Below are positions 1 to 11,483 of a stretch of 64,000 nt of DNA, piece by piece. The notes below the pieces were generated by a model. It made no database searches, was not told the origin of the DNA, and worked only from the letters and a program-made list of their open reading frames with translations. Made by a program: the position numbers and the translations under genes. Source of the DNA: Eledone cirrhosa (lineage: Eukaryota); the NCBI GenBank assembly GCA_964016885.1, contig OZ024763.1, forward strand, positions 30,442,001 through 30,506,000, given 5' to 3'. Each line of letters opens with the position of its first letter. Within the stretch, counting starts at the first letter, position 1.

Positions 1-119
1 ATGTGTGAGAGACAGAAAGAGAGAGCCAGAGGGAGAGAGATTGAGAGAGACATAGGAGAGAAAGAGAGAGATTGAAAGGAGAGTGTGTGAGACAGAGAGA
101 GATTGAGAGAGAGAGATTA

Positions 120-171
<52 letters not shown>

Positions 172-598
172 GGCAAATTTTATCAAGTCAATGGACCTCA
201 ACTGAAGCTGACAGAACATCTTATATATAATCAATGGTGTGTGTACATATGTGTGTGTTGTGTGTGGGTGGTGTGTGTACATATGTGTGTGTAGTGTGTG
301 GTGTGTGTGTGTGGTGTGTGTACATGTGTGTAGTGTGTGTACATATGTGTGTGGTGTGTGTACATGTGTGTGGTGTGTATACATGTGTGTGTGTGTGGTG
401 TGTGTACATGTGTGTGTGGTGTGTGTACATGTGTGTGTGTGTGTGTACATATATATATGTGTGTATGTACATGTATATGTGTATGTGTATGCATATATGT
501 ACGTGCGTGTACATATGTGTGTATGTGTCCATAGATATGTGTGTGAAGGGATAGGGAAAGAGAGCGACCAGGTGTGTATATATATATATATCCAGGTG

Positions 599-857
599 TC
601 ATCATCATCATCATCACCGTTTTACGTCCGTTCTTCCACGCTAGCATGGGTTAGACGGGTTGTCCTGTTGTGGGCAGTGTCTGGTCGGCTGACCATGCCT
701 TGCTCATACAGGAACTGATCTGGCTTGATTTCTACAGCTGGATGCCCTTCCTAACACCAACCTCATTTACAGTGAGTGCTGGGTGCTTTTTCGTGGCGCC
801 TACACGTCCACTTTACAGTGTGGGCTGGGTGCTTTTTTGCCGTGGCACCTCCACGAC
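599..857 (-). mobile_element. Duplicate of RTE family A 3' UTR
   Basis: Apparently identical to 946-1206, including the (CAT)n tail. Confidence 0.9.
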
Positions 858-874
858 CATATATATATATATAC

Positions 875-907
<33 letters not shown>

Positions 908-1244
908 GGGAAAGAGAGAGACCAGGTATATATATATATATATATCATCATCATCATCATCACCGTTTTACGTCCGTTCTTCCACGCTAGCATGGGTTAG
1001 ACGGGTTGTCCTGTTGTGGGCAGTGTCTGGTCGGCTGACCATGCCTTGCTCATACAGGAACTGATCTGGCTTGATTTCTACAGCTGGATGCCCTTCCTAA
1101 CACCAACCTCATTTACAGTGAGTGCTGGGTGCTTTTTCGTGGCGCCTACACGTCCACTTTACAGTGTGGGCTGGGTGCTTTTTTGCCGTGGCACCTCCAC
1201 GACCACCTTGCGGTGGGGGGGGGGGGGCATATTGTTTATATGCT

Positions 1245-4200
1245 TCAGCATGTACCCATGGGAGGTCGGGTACCCTGTATTACTGCGTGACGCCAGAAGT
1301 CACGGTCGTGTGTCATTGACTTTGAGAGGTGTAGTTGGGTAAGGTCGGCTTTTATCACCTCATCCCAAGTCATCTTGGGTCTCCCCACTCCGCGGTTTCC
1401 ATCAACTTCTAGTGCTCTGCACCTTTTTATGCAGCTGTCATCCTTCATACGCATCACATGTCCATACCAGCGTAACCGCCTCTCCTGCACGCAGCATTTG
1501 ATTCCTCTTATGCTCAGTCTCTCTCTCAATTCATTTATGCTTTGTCGTTCACGTATATTACTGTTACACATCCATCGGAGCATGCAGGCTTCGTTTCTCT
1601 CTAATCTACGTAAGTCTTCCACCTTCAGCGCCCAGGTCTCACTACCATGCAACATCGCTGTTCGGATACACGCATCATACAGTCTGCCTTTCATTCTGAG
1701 GGAGAAGCCTTTTGCAGCTAGCAGTGGTAGTAGTTCCCTAAACTTCTTCCATCCCGTTCTTACCCTAGTTATTGTACTTTCTGAGCACCCACCTCCGTTG
1801 CTAATTCGGTCACCTAGGTAGCAGAAGCTGTCTACTGTTTCTACAGGGCCCTCCCAGAGATTGGTGGTACTTGTTTCCTGTGGCTGTTTGCTTGCTGTTT
1901 CAGCACAGCTGCTGCATGTGAATCCTACATTCTTAATTAAGCTTCCTGAGATCCCGCTACATCTCTTGTGTACCCATTGTTTGCATTTGGGGCAGAGAAT
2001 GGAGTTCCTACCTACACCTTTCCTACATACTGAGCAAGGCCATTTCCCTGAGGGGATCTGGGTTCTGTTTTCTCGTCTACTTATAAGGACCTTAGTCTTT
2101 GTCATGTTGACTTTGAGGCCCTTTCTCTCTAGTCCCTGCTTCCAGGTTTGGAATTTATTCTCTAGTTCTACCATAGATTCAGCTATGAGTGCGAGGTCAT
2201 CAGCATACAGGAGTTCCCATGGGCATCCGGTCTTAAACTCCTCCGTTATTGCCTGCAGGACTATGATGAACAGGAGAGGGCTAAGAACAGAGCCCTGGTG
2301 GACCCCAACCTGTACGCTAAATTCCTCGCTATACTCATTGCCAATCCTAACTTTGCTGACTGCTCCCCTATACATGGCTTGTACCGCTTTCACAAGCCAT
2401 TCATCTACTCCTAGTTTTCTAAGAGCCCACCAGATTACTGCACGTGGAACTCTGTCAAAGGCTTTCTCAAGGTCGACAAATGCCAAGTAGAGTGGCTTAC
2501 TTTTAGCTAGGTACTTTTCCTGTAATTGCCTCACAAGGAAGAGCGCATCAGTGGTGCCTTTCCCTGGAACAAACCCAAATTGCATCTCGTCTATATTCAC
2601 CCGGTCCCTAATCAGCTGTGCTATAACTCTTTCTGTTACTTTCATGACCTGGTCCATCAACTTTATACCTCTATAGTTTCCTCTATCTAGTGCATCGCCT
2701 TTACCTTTGTAGCAGTTGACAATGATGCTACTGCACCAATCTTTTGGTATGGCCCCCTCTAGTATTACCTGGTTAACGATACGTGTGGTTATAGTGTGAC
2801 CTACAGACCCAGATGCCTTCAGCATCTCGGCAGCTATACCCGATGGACCGGTTGCCTTCCCTATCTTCATATCTCTGATTGCCTTACTTACTACGCTGCC
2901 GCTGACTTGTACTGCTGGTCCCTCTATAGGGTCTACGTGGGGTAGGGTCTCTTCTTCCCATGCATTCTCCTCATTTAGTAATCTATCATAATGACTCTTC
3001 CATGCATCTTTCTTCTCAGCACTTGTGAGGGCAAGCTCACCTTTATCATTCCGGATACACTTCTCTCCAATGACATCACAACTATCTCTGACACACTGCC
3101 TCGCAATCTTGAATACCTCCTGTTTCTGGTCCTCACGTTGTAAAACATGCTTGAATTTTCTATCCTCTGCTTCCCTCCTAGCTAAGTATACTTGTCGCCT
3201 AGCTTCCCTCTTGGTCTCTATGTAATGTACCCTGCTCCCCCCGTTCTTCCATTCTTTCCATGCCTGTCTCTTGGCCTTGACTGCTTCATCTACCTTATTG
3301 TTCCACCACCAAGTCACTCTCCTCCTGCTTGAGGTCTTACTCCAGCCACAAACCTCATCCGTCGCCTCTAGTAAGTTATTTTTTAGGAACTCCCAGTTCT
3401 CTTCTACGTTAAATGTCTCTATCTGTTCTTCTTTACTGTCGTAGGCGTTGAGTAAAATATCTTTAAATCTGTTACTGGTTGAGGGGACTTTCAGCTTCCA
3501 GATCTTTCTTCTCCAGGTTGGCCTCTGTTTCAGGGCTCGTCTAGTTCTGACCGTGAGGTCGCTGACAACTAAGCTATGTTGGGATGTACATTCCTCACTA
3601 GGGAAGGCTTTTGTGTTTACGACCGTCCATCTGTCACGTCCTCTGATGAGGATAAAATCTAACTGACTAGAGTGCTCCCCTGATCTATAGGTGATCAGGT
3701 GGTTGTCGGGTTTTTTAAAGTTTGTGTTACATATCGACATGTCATTGGCGTCGCAGAATTCTAGAAGTCTGAATCCTTCCTCATTCCTTGTGCCAACTCC
3801 ATGGCCTCCATGTACTCTATTGAAGCCGTCGCAGTGTTTACCTACGTGTCCGTTAAAATCTCCTGCAATGATTAGGAAGTCCTTGTCGTCTGTTAGAGCA
3901 GTAGTGTGTATTAGGGACTCGTAAAACCTATCCTTAAGTTCGTCTGGCAGCCCCGATTGGGGTGCGTAAGCTGATATTATTGTGGTAATTGTCTTATTCA
4001 GGACTAGTCTGAGTTTAATGATTCTTGCATTTACCCTGTACACTGAGATTACTTTATCTACCCACTTGTCAGCTAATAGTATACCTACACCACCCATCCC
4101 ATCGTCATTTCCCACCCAGAAAAATTTGTAGCACTGGCCTTTTCCTACAAGGACTCTAGCAGACCCTCCTCTCCATCTAGTCTCTTGCACACAGCATACA

Positions 4201-4364
4201 TCAACTTCCTTTCGCTCTAGCATTTCTACGATTTCTCCTGCTCTTCCTTTCATTGAGCCTACATTGATGGTACCAACTCGGAGTTTTGGGCATTTGTCGA
4301 CACTCGTAGGGGAGGGTCTCTGGGTTGGCGCTTCACGTGGGTGCTTGGTAGCTCGCAGATTCAT
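1245..4364 (-). CDS. Intact RTE-clade non-LTR retrotransposon ORF (APE endonuclease + reverse transcriptase + embedded PHD-type finger), 1039 aa
   Basis: APE motifs GTINVG, VQETRW, SAYAPQ, GDFNGH and LDFILI; RT motifs [29 protein letters not shown] and FCYLG; RTE-type C-terminus RLRWYGHVMR...GRPKMTW; single uninterrupted ORF. Confidence 0.97.
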   Translation of the reverse strand: MNLRATKHPREAPTQRPSPTSVDKCPKLRVGTINVGSMKGRAGEIVEMLERKEVDVCCVQETRWRGGSARVLVGKGQCYKFFWVGNDDGMGGVGILLADKWVDKVISVYRVNARIIKLRLVLNKTITTIISAYAPQSGLPDELKDRFYESLIHTTALTDDKDFLIIAGDFNGHVGKHCDGFNRVHGGHGVGTRNEEGFRLLEFCDANDMSICNTNFKKPDNHLITYRSGEHSSQLDFILIRGRDRWTVVNTKAFPSEECTSQHSLVVSDLTVRTRRALKQRPTWRRKIWKLKVPSTSNRFKDILLNAYDSKEEQIETFNVEENWEFLKNNLLEATDEVCGWSKTSSRRRVTWWWNNKVDEAVKAKRQAWKEWKNGGSRVHYIETKREARRQVYLARREAEDRKFKHVLQREDQKQEVFKIARQCVRDSCDVIGEKCIRNDKGELALTSAEKKDAWKSHYDRLLNEENAWEEETLPHVDPIEGPAVQVSGSVVSKAIRDMKIGKATGPSGIAAEMLKASGSVGHTITTRIVNQVILEGAIPKDWCSSIIVNCYKGKGDALDRGNYRGIKLMDQVMKVTERVIAQLIRDRVNIDEMQFGFVPGKGTTDALFLVRQLQEKYLAKSKPLYLAFVDLEKAFDRVPRAVIWWALRKLGVDEWLVKAVQAMYRGAVSKVRIGNEYSEEFSVQVGVHQGSVLSPLLFIIVLQAITEEFKTGCPWELLYADDLALIAESMVELENKFQTWKQGLERKGLKVNMTKTKVLISRRENRTQIPSGKWPCSVCRKGVGRNSILCPKCKQWVHKRCSGISGSLIKNVGFTCSSCAETASKQPQETSTTNLWEGPVETVDSFCYLGDRISNGGGCSESTITRVRTGWKKFRELLPLLAAKGFSLRMKGRLYDACIRTAMLHGSETWALKVEDLRRLERNEACMLRWMCNSNIRERQSINELRERLSIRGIKCCVQERRLRWYGHVMRMKDDSCIKRCRALEVDGNRGVGRPKMTWDEVIKADLTQLHLSKSMTHDRDFWRHAVIQGTRPPMGTC

Positions 4365-4607
4365 ATTTCATCTATTGATTCAGAGTTGCTCGTGTATTCC
4401 CAGCTCATCCATCCATAACGGTGGGAAAATTGAGGGCTAGAAGGACAGTGGTGGTGGGGTAATGGCAGGGTGTGTTGGGATGCGCCAGAGGAGAAGAGAG
4501 TTAGTTAGGCAGGTAGTAGCAGCAGCAGCAGTGGAAATGGCATGCTAGGTTTGATTGGTCGAATAGACTATGGTGGTGTGTGGGGGTGGGGGGGAGGGAA
4601 ATTGTGA

Positions 4608-7600
4608 GGTAGGAACTGAGGGTCGCATGGTAAATATCCAAGTTAATACTACATCAGTAAAATTACAATAATAACGTCATGAAAAAAGCTACTAAGAGAA
4701 ACCCTCGAAAATTTATCGCTAATACAGCAGGGAAAATTTAACGCTAATACAGCAGGGAACATCATAATATTAACGACATGAAAAAGCTACTAAGAGAAAC
4801 CCTCGAAAATTTATCGCTAATACAGCAGGGAAAATTTAACGCTAATACAGCAGGGAACATCATAATATTAACGACAATATGTAGGCTAAAATACCTTCGT
4901 AGATTAGGTGGATGGCTGGCTGGGAAAATTGAATCAACTCTAGTGGTACATTTTAGCAGAGAAGAATGGCAAAGTGTCTTATCTCTTCAATATTTTCAGA
5001 TTGAATGAATTAGGTTAAAGACAGGGTAGTAAGCCTTAAAGAAGTGCATAGAGAGGGGGGGGGGTAGGAACTGAGGGTCGCATGGTAAATAACTGAGAGA
5101 GATACAATAGGATTAGAATACCGCATGGTAAATATCCAAGTTAATAAGTTAATACTACATCAGTAAAATTAACAATAATAACGTCATGAAAAAAGCTACT
5201 AAGAGAAACCCTCGAAAATTTATCGCTAATACAGCAGGGAAAATTTAACGCTAATACAGCAGGGAACATCATAATATTAACGACATGAAAAAGCTACTAA
5301 GAGAAACCCTCGAAAATTTATCGCTAATACAGCAGGGAAAATTTAACGCTAATACAGCAGGGAACATCATAATATTAACGACAATATGTAGGCTAAAATA
5401 CCTTCGTAGATTAGGTGGATGGCTGGCTGGGAAAATTGAATCAACTCTAGTGGTACATTTTAGCAGAGAAGAATGGCAAAGTGTCTTATCTCTTCAATAT
5501 TTTCAGATTGAATGAATTAGGTTAAAGACAGGGTAGTAAGCCTTAAAGAAGTGCATAGAGAGAGGGGGGGGGGGGTAGGAACTGAGGGTCGCATGGTAAA
5601 TAACTGAGAGAGATACAATAGGATTAGAATACCGCATGGTAAATATCCAAGTTAATAAGTTAATACTACATCAGTAAAATTAACAATAATAACGTCATGA
5701 AAAAAGCTACTAAGAGAAACCCTCGAAAATTTATCGCTAATACAGCAGGGAAAATTTAACGCTAATACAGCAGGGAACATCATAATATTAACGACATGAA
5801 AAAGCTACTAAGAGAAACCCTCGAAAATTTATCGCTAATACAGCAGGGAAAATTTAACGCTAATACAGCAGGGAACATCATAATATTAACGACAATATGT
5901 AGGCTAAAATACCTTCGTAGATTAGGTGGATGGCTGGCTGGGAAAATTGAATCAACTCTAGTGGTACATTTTAGCAGAGAAGAATGGCAAAGTGTCTTAT
6001 CTCTTCAATATTTTCAGATTGAATGAATTAGGTTAAAGACAGGGTAGTAAGCCTTAAAGAAGTGCATAGAGAGGGGGGGGGGGGGTAGGAACTGAGGGTC
6101 GCATGGTAAATAACTGAGAGAGATACAATAGGATTAGAATACCGCATGGTAAATATCCAAGTTAATAAGTTAATACTACATCAGTAAAATTAACAATAAT
6201 AACGTCATGAAAAAAGCTACTAAGAGAAACCCTCGAAAATTTATCGCTAATACAGCAGGGAAAATTTAACGCTAATACAGCAGGGAACATCATAATATTA
6301 ACGACATGAAAAAGCTACTAAGAGAAACCCTCGAAAATTTATCGCTAATACAGCAGGGAAAATTTAACGCTAATACAGCAGGGAACATCATAATATTAAC
6401 GACAATATGTAGGCTAAAATACCTTCGTAGATTAGGTGGATGGCTGGCTGGGAAAATTGAATCAACTCTAGTGGTACATTTTAGCAGAGAAGAATGGCAA
6501 AGTGTCTTATCTCTTCAATATTTTCAGATTGAATGAATTAGGTTAAAGACAGGGTAGTAAGCCTTAAAGAAGTGCATAGAGAGGGGGGGGGGTAGGAACT
6601 GAGGGTCGCATGGTAAATAACTGAGAGAGATACAATAGGATTAGAATACCGCATGGTAAATATCCAAGTTAATAAGTTAATACTACATCAGTAAAATTAA
6701 CAATAATAACGTCATGAAAAAAGCTACTAAGAGAAACCCTCGAAAATTTATCGCTAATACAGCAGGGAAAATTTAACGCTAATACAGCAGGGAACATCAT
6801 AATATTAACGACATGAAAAAGCTACTAAGAGAAACCCTCGAAAATTTATCGCTAATACAGCAGGGAAAATTTAACGCTAATACAGCAGGGAACATCATAA
6901 TATTAACGACAATATGTAGGCTAAAATACCTTCGTAGATTAGGTGGATGGCTGGCTGGGAAAATTGAATCAACTCTAGTGGTACATTTTAGCAGAGAAGA
7001 ATGGCAAAGTGTCTTATCTCTTCAATATTTTCAGATTGAATGAATTAGGTTAAAGACAGGGTAGTAAGCCTTAAAGAAGTGCATAGAGAGGGGGGGGGGG
7101 TAGGAACTGAGGGTCGCATGGTAAATAACTGAGAGAGATACAATAGGATTAGAATACCGCATGGTAAATATCCAAGTTAATAAGTTAATACTACATCAGT
7201 AAAATTAACAATAATAACGTCATGAAAAAAGCTACTAAGAGAAACCCTCGAAAATTTATCGCTAATACAGCAGGGAAAATTTAACGCTAATACAGCAGGG
7301 AACATCATAATATTAACGACATGAAAAAGCTACTAAGAGAAACCCTCGAAAATTTATCGCTAATACAGCAGGGAAAATTTAACGCTAATACAGCAGGGAA
7401 CATCATAATATTAACGACAATATGTAGGCTAAAATACCTTCGTAGATTAGGTGGATGGCTGGCTGGGAAAATTGAATCAACTCTAGTGGTACATTTTAGC
7501 AGAGAAGAATGGCAAAGTGTCTTATCTCTTCAATATTTTCAGATTGAATGAATTAGGTTAAAGACAGGGTAGTAAGCCTTAAAGAAGTGCATAGAGAGAG

Positions 7601-8008
7601 GGGGGGGGGGGGGGGTAGGAACTGAGGGTCGCATGGTAAATAACTGAGAGAGATACAATAGGATTAGAATACCGCATGGTAAATATCCAAGTTAATAAGT
7701 TAATACTACATCAGTAAAATTAACAATAATAACGTCATGAAAAAAGCTACTAAGAGAAACCCTCGAAAATTTATCGCTAATACAGCAGGGAAAATTTAAC
7801 GCTAATACAGCAGGGAACATCATAATATTAACGACATGAAAAAGCTACTAAGAGAAACCCTCGAAAATTTATCGCTAATACAGCAGGGAAAATTTAACGC
7901 TAATACAGCAGGGAACATCATAATATTAACGACAATATGTAGGCTAAAATACCTTCGTAGATTAGGTGGATGGCTGGCTGGGAAAATTGAATCAACTCTA
8001 GTGGTACA
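4608..8008. repeat. Tandem array of ~507-515 bp units, about 6.7 copies, each with an internal ~100-bp duplication
   Basis: The same short ORF start recurs at 4778, 5285, 5796, 6306, 6813, 7321 and 7836; units 2-7 differ essentially only in the (GA)n/G-run. Confidence 0.97.
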
Positions 8009-8010
8009 TA

Positions 8011-8085
<75 letters not shown>

Positions 8086-8185
8086 GGTCTCTCTCTTTCC
8101 CTATATATATGTATATATATATATAGGGAAAGAGAGAGACCAGGTATATATATATATATATGTATGTATATATATATATATATAT

Positions 8186-8378
8186 ATAGGAACCAGTAAG
8201 ACCCCGACAGCTGAGCTCAAGCCGTTTCGACGGCTAATTCTGCAGAATTAGCCGTCGAAACGGCTTGAGCTCAGCTGTCGGGGTCTTACTGGTTCCTATT
8301 ACCCACTCTACTACCTCAAGTATTGAGTACTTTGGTGTGTTATGGTCCACCTGGTTCCTTACCACATTTCCTTCGTTA
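8186..8378 (+). mobile_element. Fold-back hammerhead-derived element: perfect 114-bp palindrome plus tail, in (TA)n
   Basis: 8186-8299 is a loopless palindrome centred on CTG|CAG; the right arm has the 3' half of a hammerhead (GAAAcggc-ttgagctca-gctgTC); tail has ACTC...GAGTAC; same family as 57884-58097. Confidence 0.8.
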
Positions 8379-8417
8379 TATATATATATATATATATACC
8401 TGGTCTCTCTCTTTCCC

Positions 8418-8450
<33 letters not shown>

Positions 8451-8451
8451 C

Positions 8452-8830
8452 AACATATGTTAACCTCGGTCTTCCTCTTCCAGTGTGTCCATGTAGGGGC
8501 ACCCACAGGAGCACTGAGTGCAGTGTCAACTCTGGATGTCGGTGAGCAGGTCCAGCTAAACCTCAGTCTCCTCTGTGTCACTTTTGAGCTGACTTTTGGG
8601 AGGCTCCCATACAATTCTGAGTTCTTCATCCTCAGTGTATACTGATTAATGTTCAGAGCCATCCTCAGCATTCTCGTGTAGCACCCATCCACCATCTGAG
8701 TGAGTGTCCAAGTCTCAGACCTGAACAGCAGCACAGCGCCTCCTACGACTCCACCAGGGGTTAAGGGACCATATATAAAGCAGTGGATTGTCAGAGTCGA
8801 GCAGGACATGGCAGCGATAATGAGGGACAG
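8452..8830 (-). pseudogene. Decayed non-LTR retrotransposon RT C-terminal fragment
   Basis: Translation SETWTLT...DGCYTRMLRMALN...RRLRFS resembles an RTE-like RT thumb; frameshifted. Confidence 0.75.
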
Positions 8831-8969
8831 AGATAGTGTGTGAGAGAGAGAGAGAGAGACCTACTCATATATATATATATACATTCATATATTCATATAC
8901 ACATATAGATGGAGCCCCACAAAATTAATAACCATGATGATGATGATGATGATGATGATACATTTATAT

Positions 8970-9300
8970 ATCATCATCATCATCATTTTACGTCCGCTTT
9001 TCCCAGCTTGCAAGGGTGGGACAGGTCCTATTCAACACAGCATCTCTCCACTTGTCACGGTCCTTCGTCATCTCCTCGGTGAGCTTCAGCGATCTGAGGT
9101 CTGCTCTCACCACCTCCGCCCATGTTTTTCATGGTCTTCCTCTACTGCGTCTTCCTTCCACTGGCATTTCTTGGCACTTCTTTACCCAGCGGTCATCAGT
9201 CCATGCGCATCACATGTCCATACCATCTCAGCCTTCTCTCCTGCACAACACAACCTATCCCTCTTATACCCAGTTTCTTTCTCAACTCGTCTATGCTTGG
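8970..9300 (-). mobile_element. RTE 3' fragment (family C); second copy at 55600-55900
   Basis: Encodes GHVMRMD...GRPxKTW...DRDKWR followed by an (ATG)n tail; very similar to 55600-55900. Confidence 0.85.
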
Positions 9301-9383
9301 TCATACAGACATGTGCGTGCCTGAGACAGTGTGTGTGTGAGGGAGAGTGAGGGGGGGAGATACAGAGTGAGAGATAGAGAGAG

Positions 9384-9431
<48 letters not shown>

Positions 9432-10387
9432 AGACCTATTCATATATATTCATTCATATATTCATATATACATATAGACAGACCCCCATAAAATTTATAA
9501 TCGTTTCTACTTTCGGCACAAGGCCAGCAATTGCCCAGTGCATTACTGGTACTTTATTTTATCGACCCCGTAAGGATGAAAGGCGAAGTCAAACTCTGCG
9601 GGATTTGAACTCAGATCGTAAAGGGACGTAACTATGCTGGAAAGCATATAAAATTTATAATGATGATGATAATACATTTATATATATATATATATATTAG
9701 AGAGAGAGAGAGAGAGATGTGTATATATGTGAGAGAGAGATAAGGCAGGAGAAAAAGCGAAAGTGAAAGATAGTGATAGAGAGAGAAAGAGAGGGGGAGA
9801 GAGAGAGAGATGTGTATATATGTGAGAGAGAGATAAGGCAGGAGAAAAAGTGAAAGATAGAGTGATAGAGAGAGAAAGAGAGGGGGAGAGAGAGTATTGT
9901 GTATGTGTGTGAGAGAGATAAGAGAGGGGGATGAAGTGAGAGAGAGAGAGAGAGAGAGACCCATATATATATAGACAGAGCCTACAAAATAAATAATTAT
10001 AATAATAATCATCATCATCACCATCATCATATCATCATCTTCATCATAATAATAATAATAATAATAACCATACAACATTTCACTCCACTTAACTTAACAG
10101 ATTTTATTGACATTTTGTCTCGTTAAATTTTAATAAACTTTGATAATAACGACCAATAATGTAGTTATTATATAAGTTTAATGTTGAGTTGATTATATAT
10201 ATATATATATATGTATATATCTACATATATATATATATATATATCTACATATATATATGTATATATATATGTATATACATATATATACATATATATATAT
10301 ATATGTAGATGTATATATATATACACATACATATTTGCATATACATACATACATATTTACATATACATATATACATACTGTATATAT

Positions 10388-10875
10388 GTATGTACACTTA
10401 CACCTCTCCAAGACAATGTCACTGGACCGAGACCTTTGGCGGTACTCAGTAACAGAGAAGACCCGCCTTACCTAAATACATAGTAAAACCTACTACAGCC
10501 AGTACGCATCTCTAACAAAATACACCCCGTCCCACCACCCCCACCCCATCCACACCACCCCCCTTCTATGTAAAGTTATGTCGGTGCCACGCCATCCAGG
10601 CCGAAACAAATGAGATCGTGTAGGTGTCACAACAAAAAAACACACAGTCCACGCTGTAATGTGGCCGTGTAGGCAACACGGTAAAAACCTCCCAGACCCA
10701 CACTGTAAATGTGGTTGGTGTTAGGAAGGGCATCCAACTGTAGAAAACCTGCCAGACAGTCCTATGCGAGCAAGACAATCACTCTTGCCTCAAGTGGGAA
10801 TACCCCCGTCCAAACCCATGCAAGCGTGGAACACGGACGTTAAACGTTGATGATGATGATGATGATGATGATGAT
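10388..10875 (+). mobile_element. RTE family B 3' fragment
   Basis: Reverse-complement match to 25767-26245 ([16 protein letters not shown]...EKTRLT, 3' UTR, (GAT)n tail). Confidence 0.9.
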
Positions 10876-10959
10876 ATATATATATATAAATATATATATA
10901 TAATAATTATAATGAAATGACAGGAGGCTGGATTTGTGTAAATCCTTGAAAGGTTTATT

Positions 10960-11017
10960 ATACTATAATCATTTCAATGACCGGGTTCCGTATGAATCCG
11001 GTGATATCATCAGGTAT
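10960..11017 (-). ncRNA. Minimal type-I hammerhead ribozyme motif (slightly decayed) in a ~230-bp TA-flanked element
   Basis: Minus strand atac-CTGATGA-tatcaccgg...ccggtcatt-GAAA-tgatta-TA-gtat; sister of 50067-50124. Confidence 0.7.
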
Positions 11018-11248
11018 TCGAAATATAATACGTGAATGTAATAGATAAAATCCATGGGGCTGAAAATCGAGGACCATACGGAATAGACCAGCTCTATACA
11101 GTGGTGAACCTCAAACCTGAATAAATATATATATATACATATATATGTGTGTGTGTACATATAATATATATACAAATGATATATATATATATATAATGTA
11201 TGATTTTATATATAGAACCCATGCTAGTGTGGAAAATGGACGTTAAAC

Positions 11249-11284
<36 letters not shown>

Positions 11285-11483
11285 AGATGATAGATAGATA
11301 GATATATTAGTAAGCTATCTTTACATGAACTGGGGGGGGGGGGGGTATGGTATAAGTAGTTTATAATGTAAGAAACGCTCAAATTACTTTAAATGACTTC
11401 TCAAATTACCTGTCCAAAAACTATGCATATATACATACATGTGTATGTATATATATATATATATATAATATATATATATATTT

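Larger units (their letters stand above)
946..8008 (-). mobile_element. Near full-length RTE LINE (family A) with 3' UTR, (ATG)n tail and tandem-repeated 5' region, inserted in (TA)n
   Basis: 3' UTR 946-1244 ends in (CAT)n on + strand; ORF 1245-4364; upstream unique DNA and a ~510-bp tandem array run to a (TA)n tract at 8009. Membership of the array in the element is inferred. Confidence 0.75.

Noticed and set aside
4778-5008. Repeated 76-aa [13 protein letters not shown]...
   Set aside because: Recurs only because the tandem unit does; antisense to the LINE, with no recognisable domain.
4608-8008. CRISPR-like array (also 21016-21645 and 23466-24136)
   Set aside because: No unique spacers; these are plain tandem repeats in a eukaryotic context.
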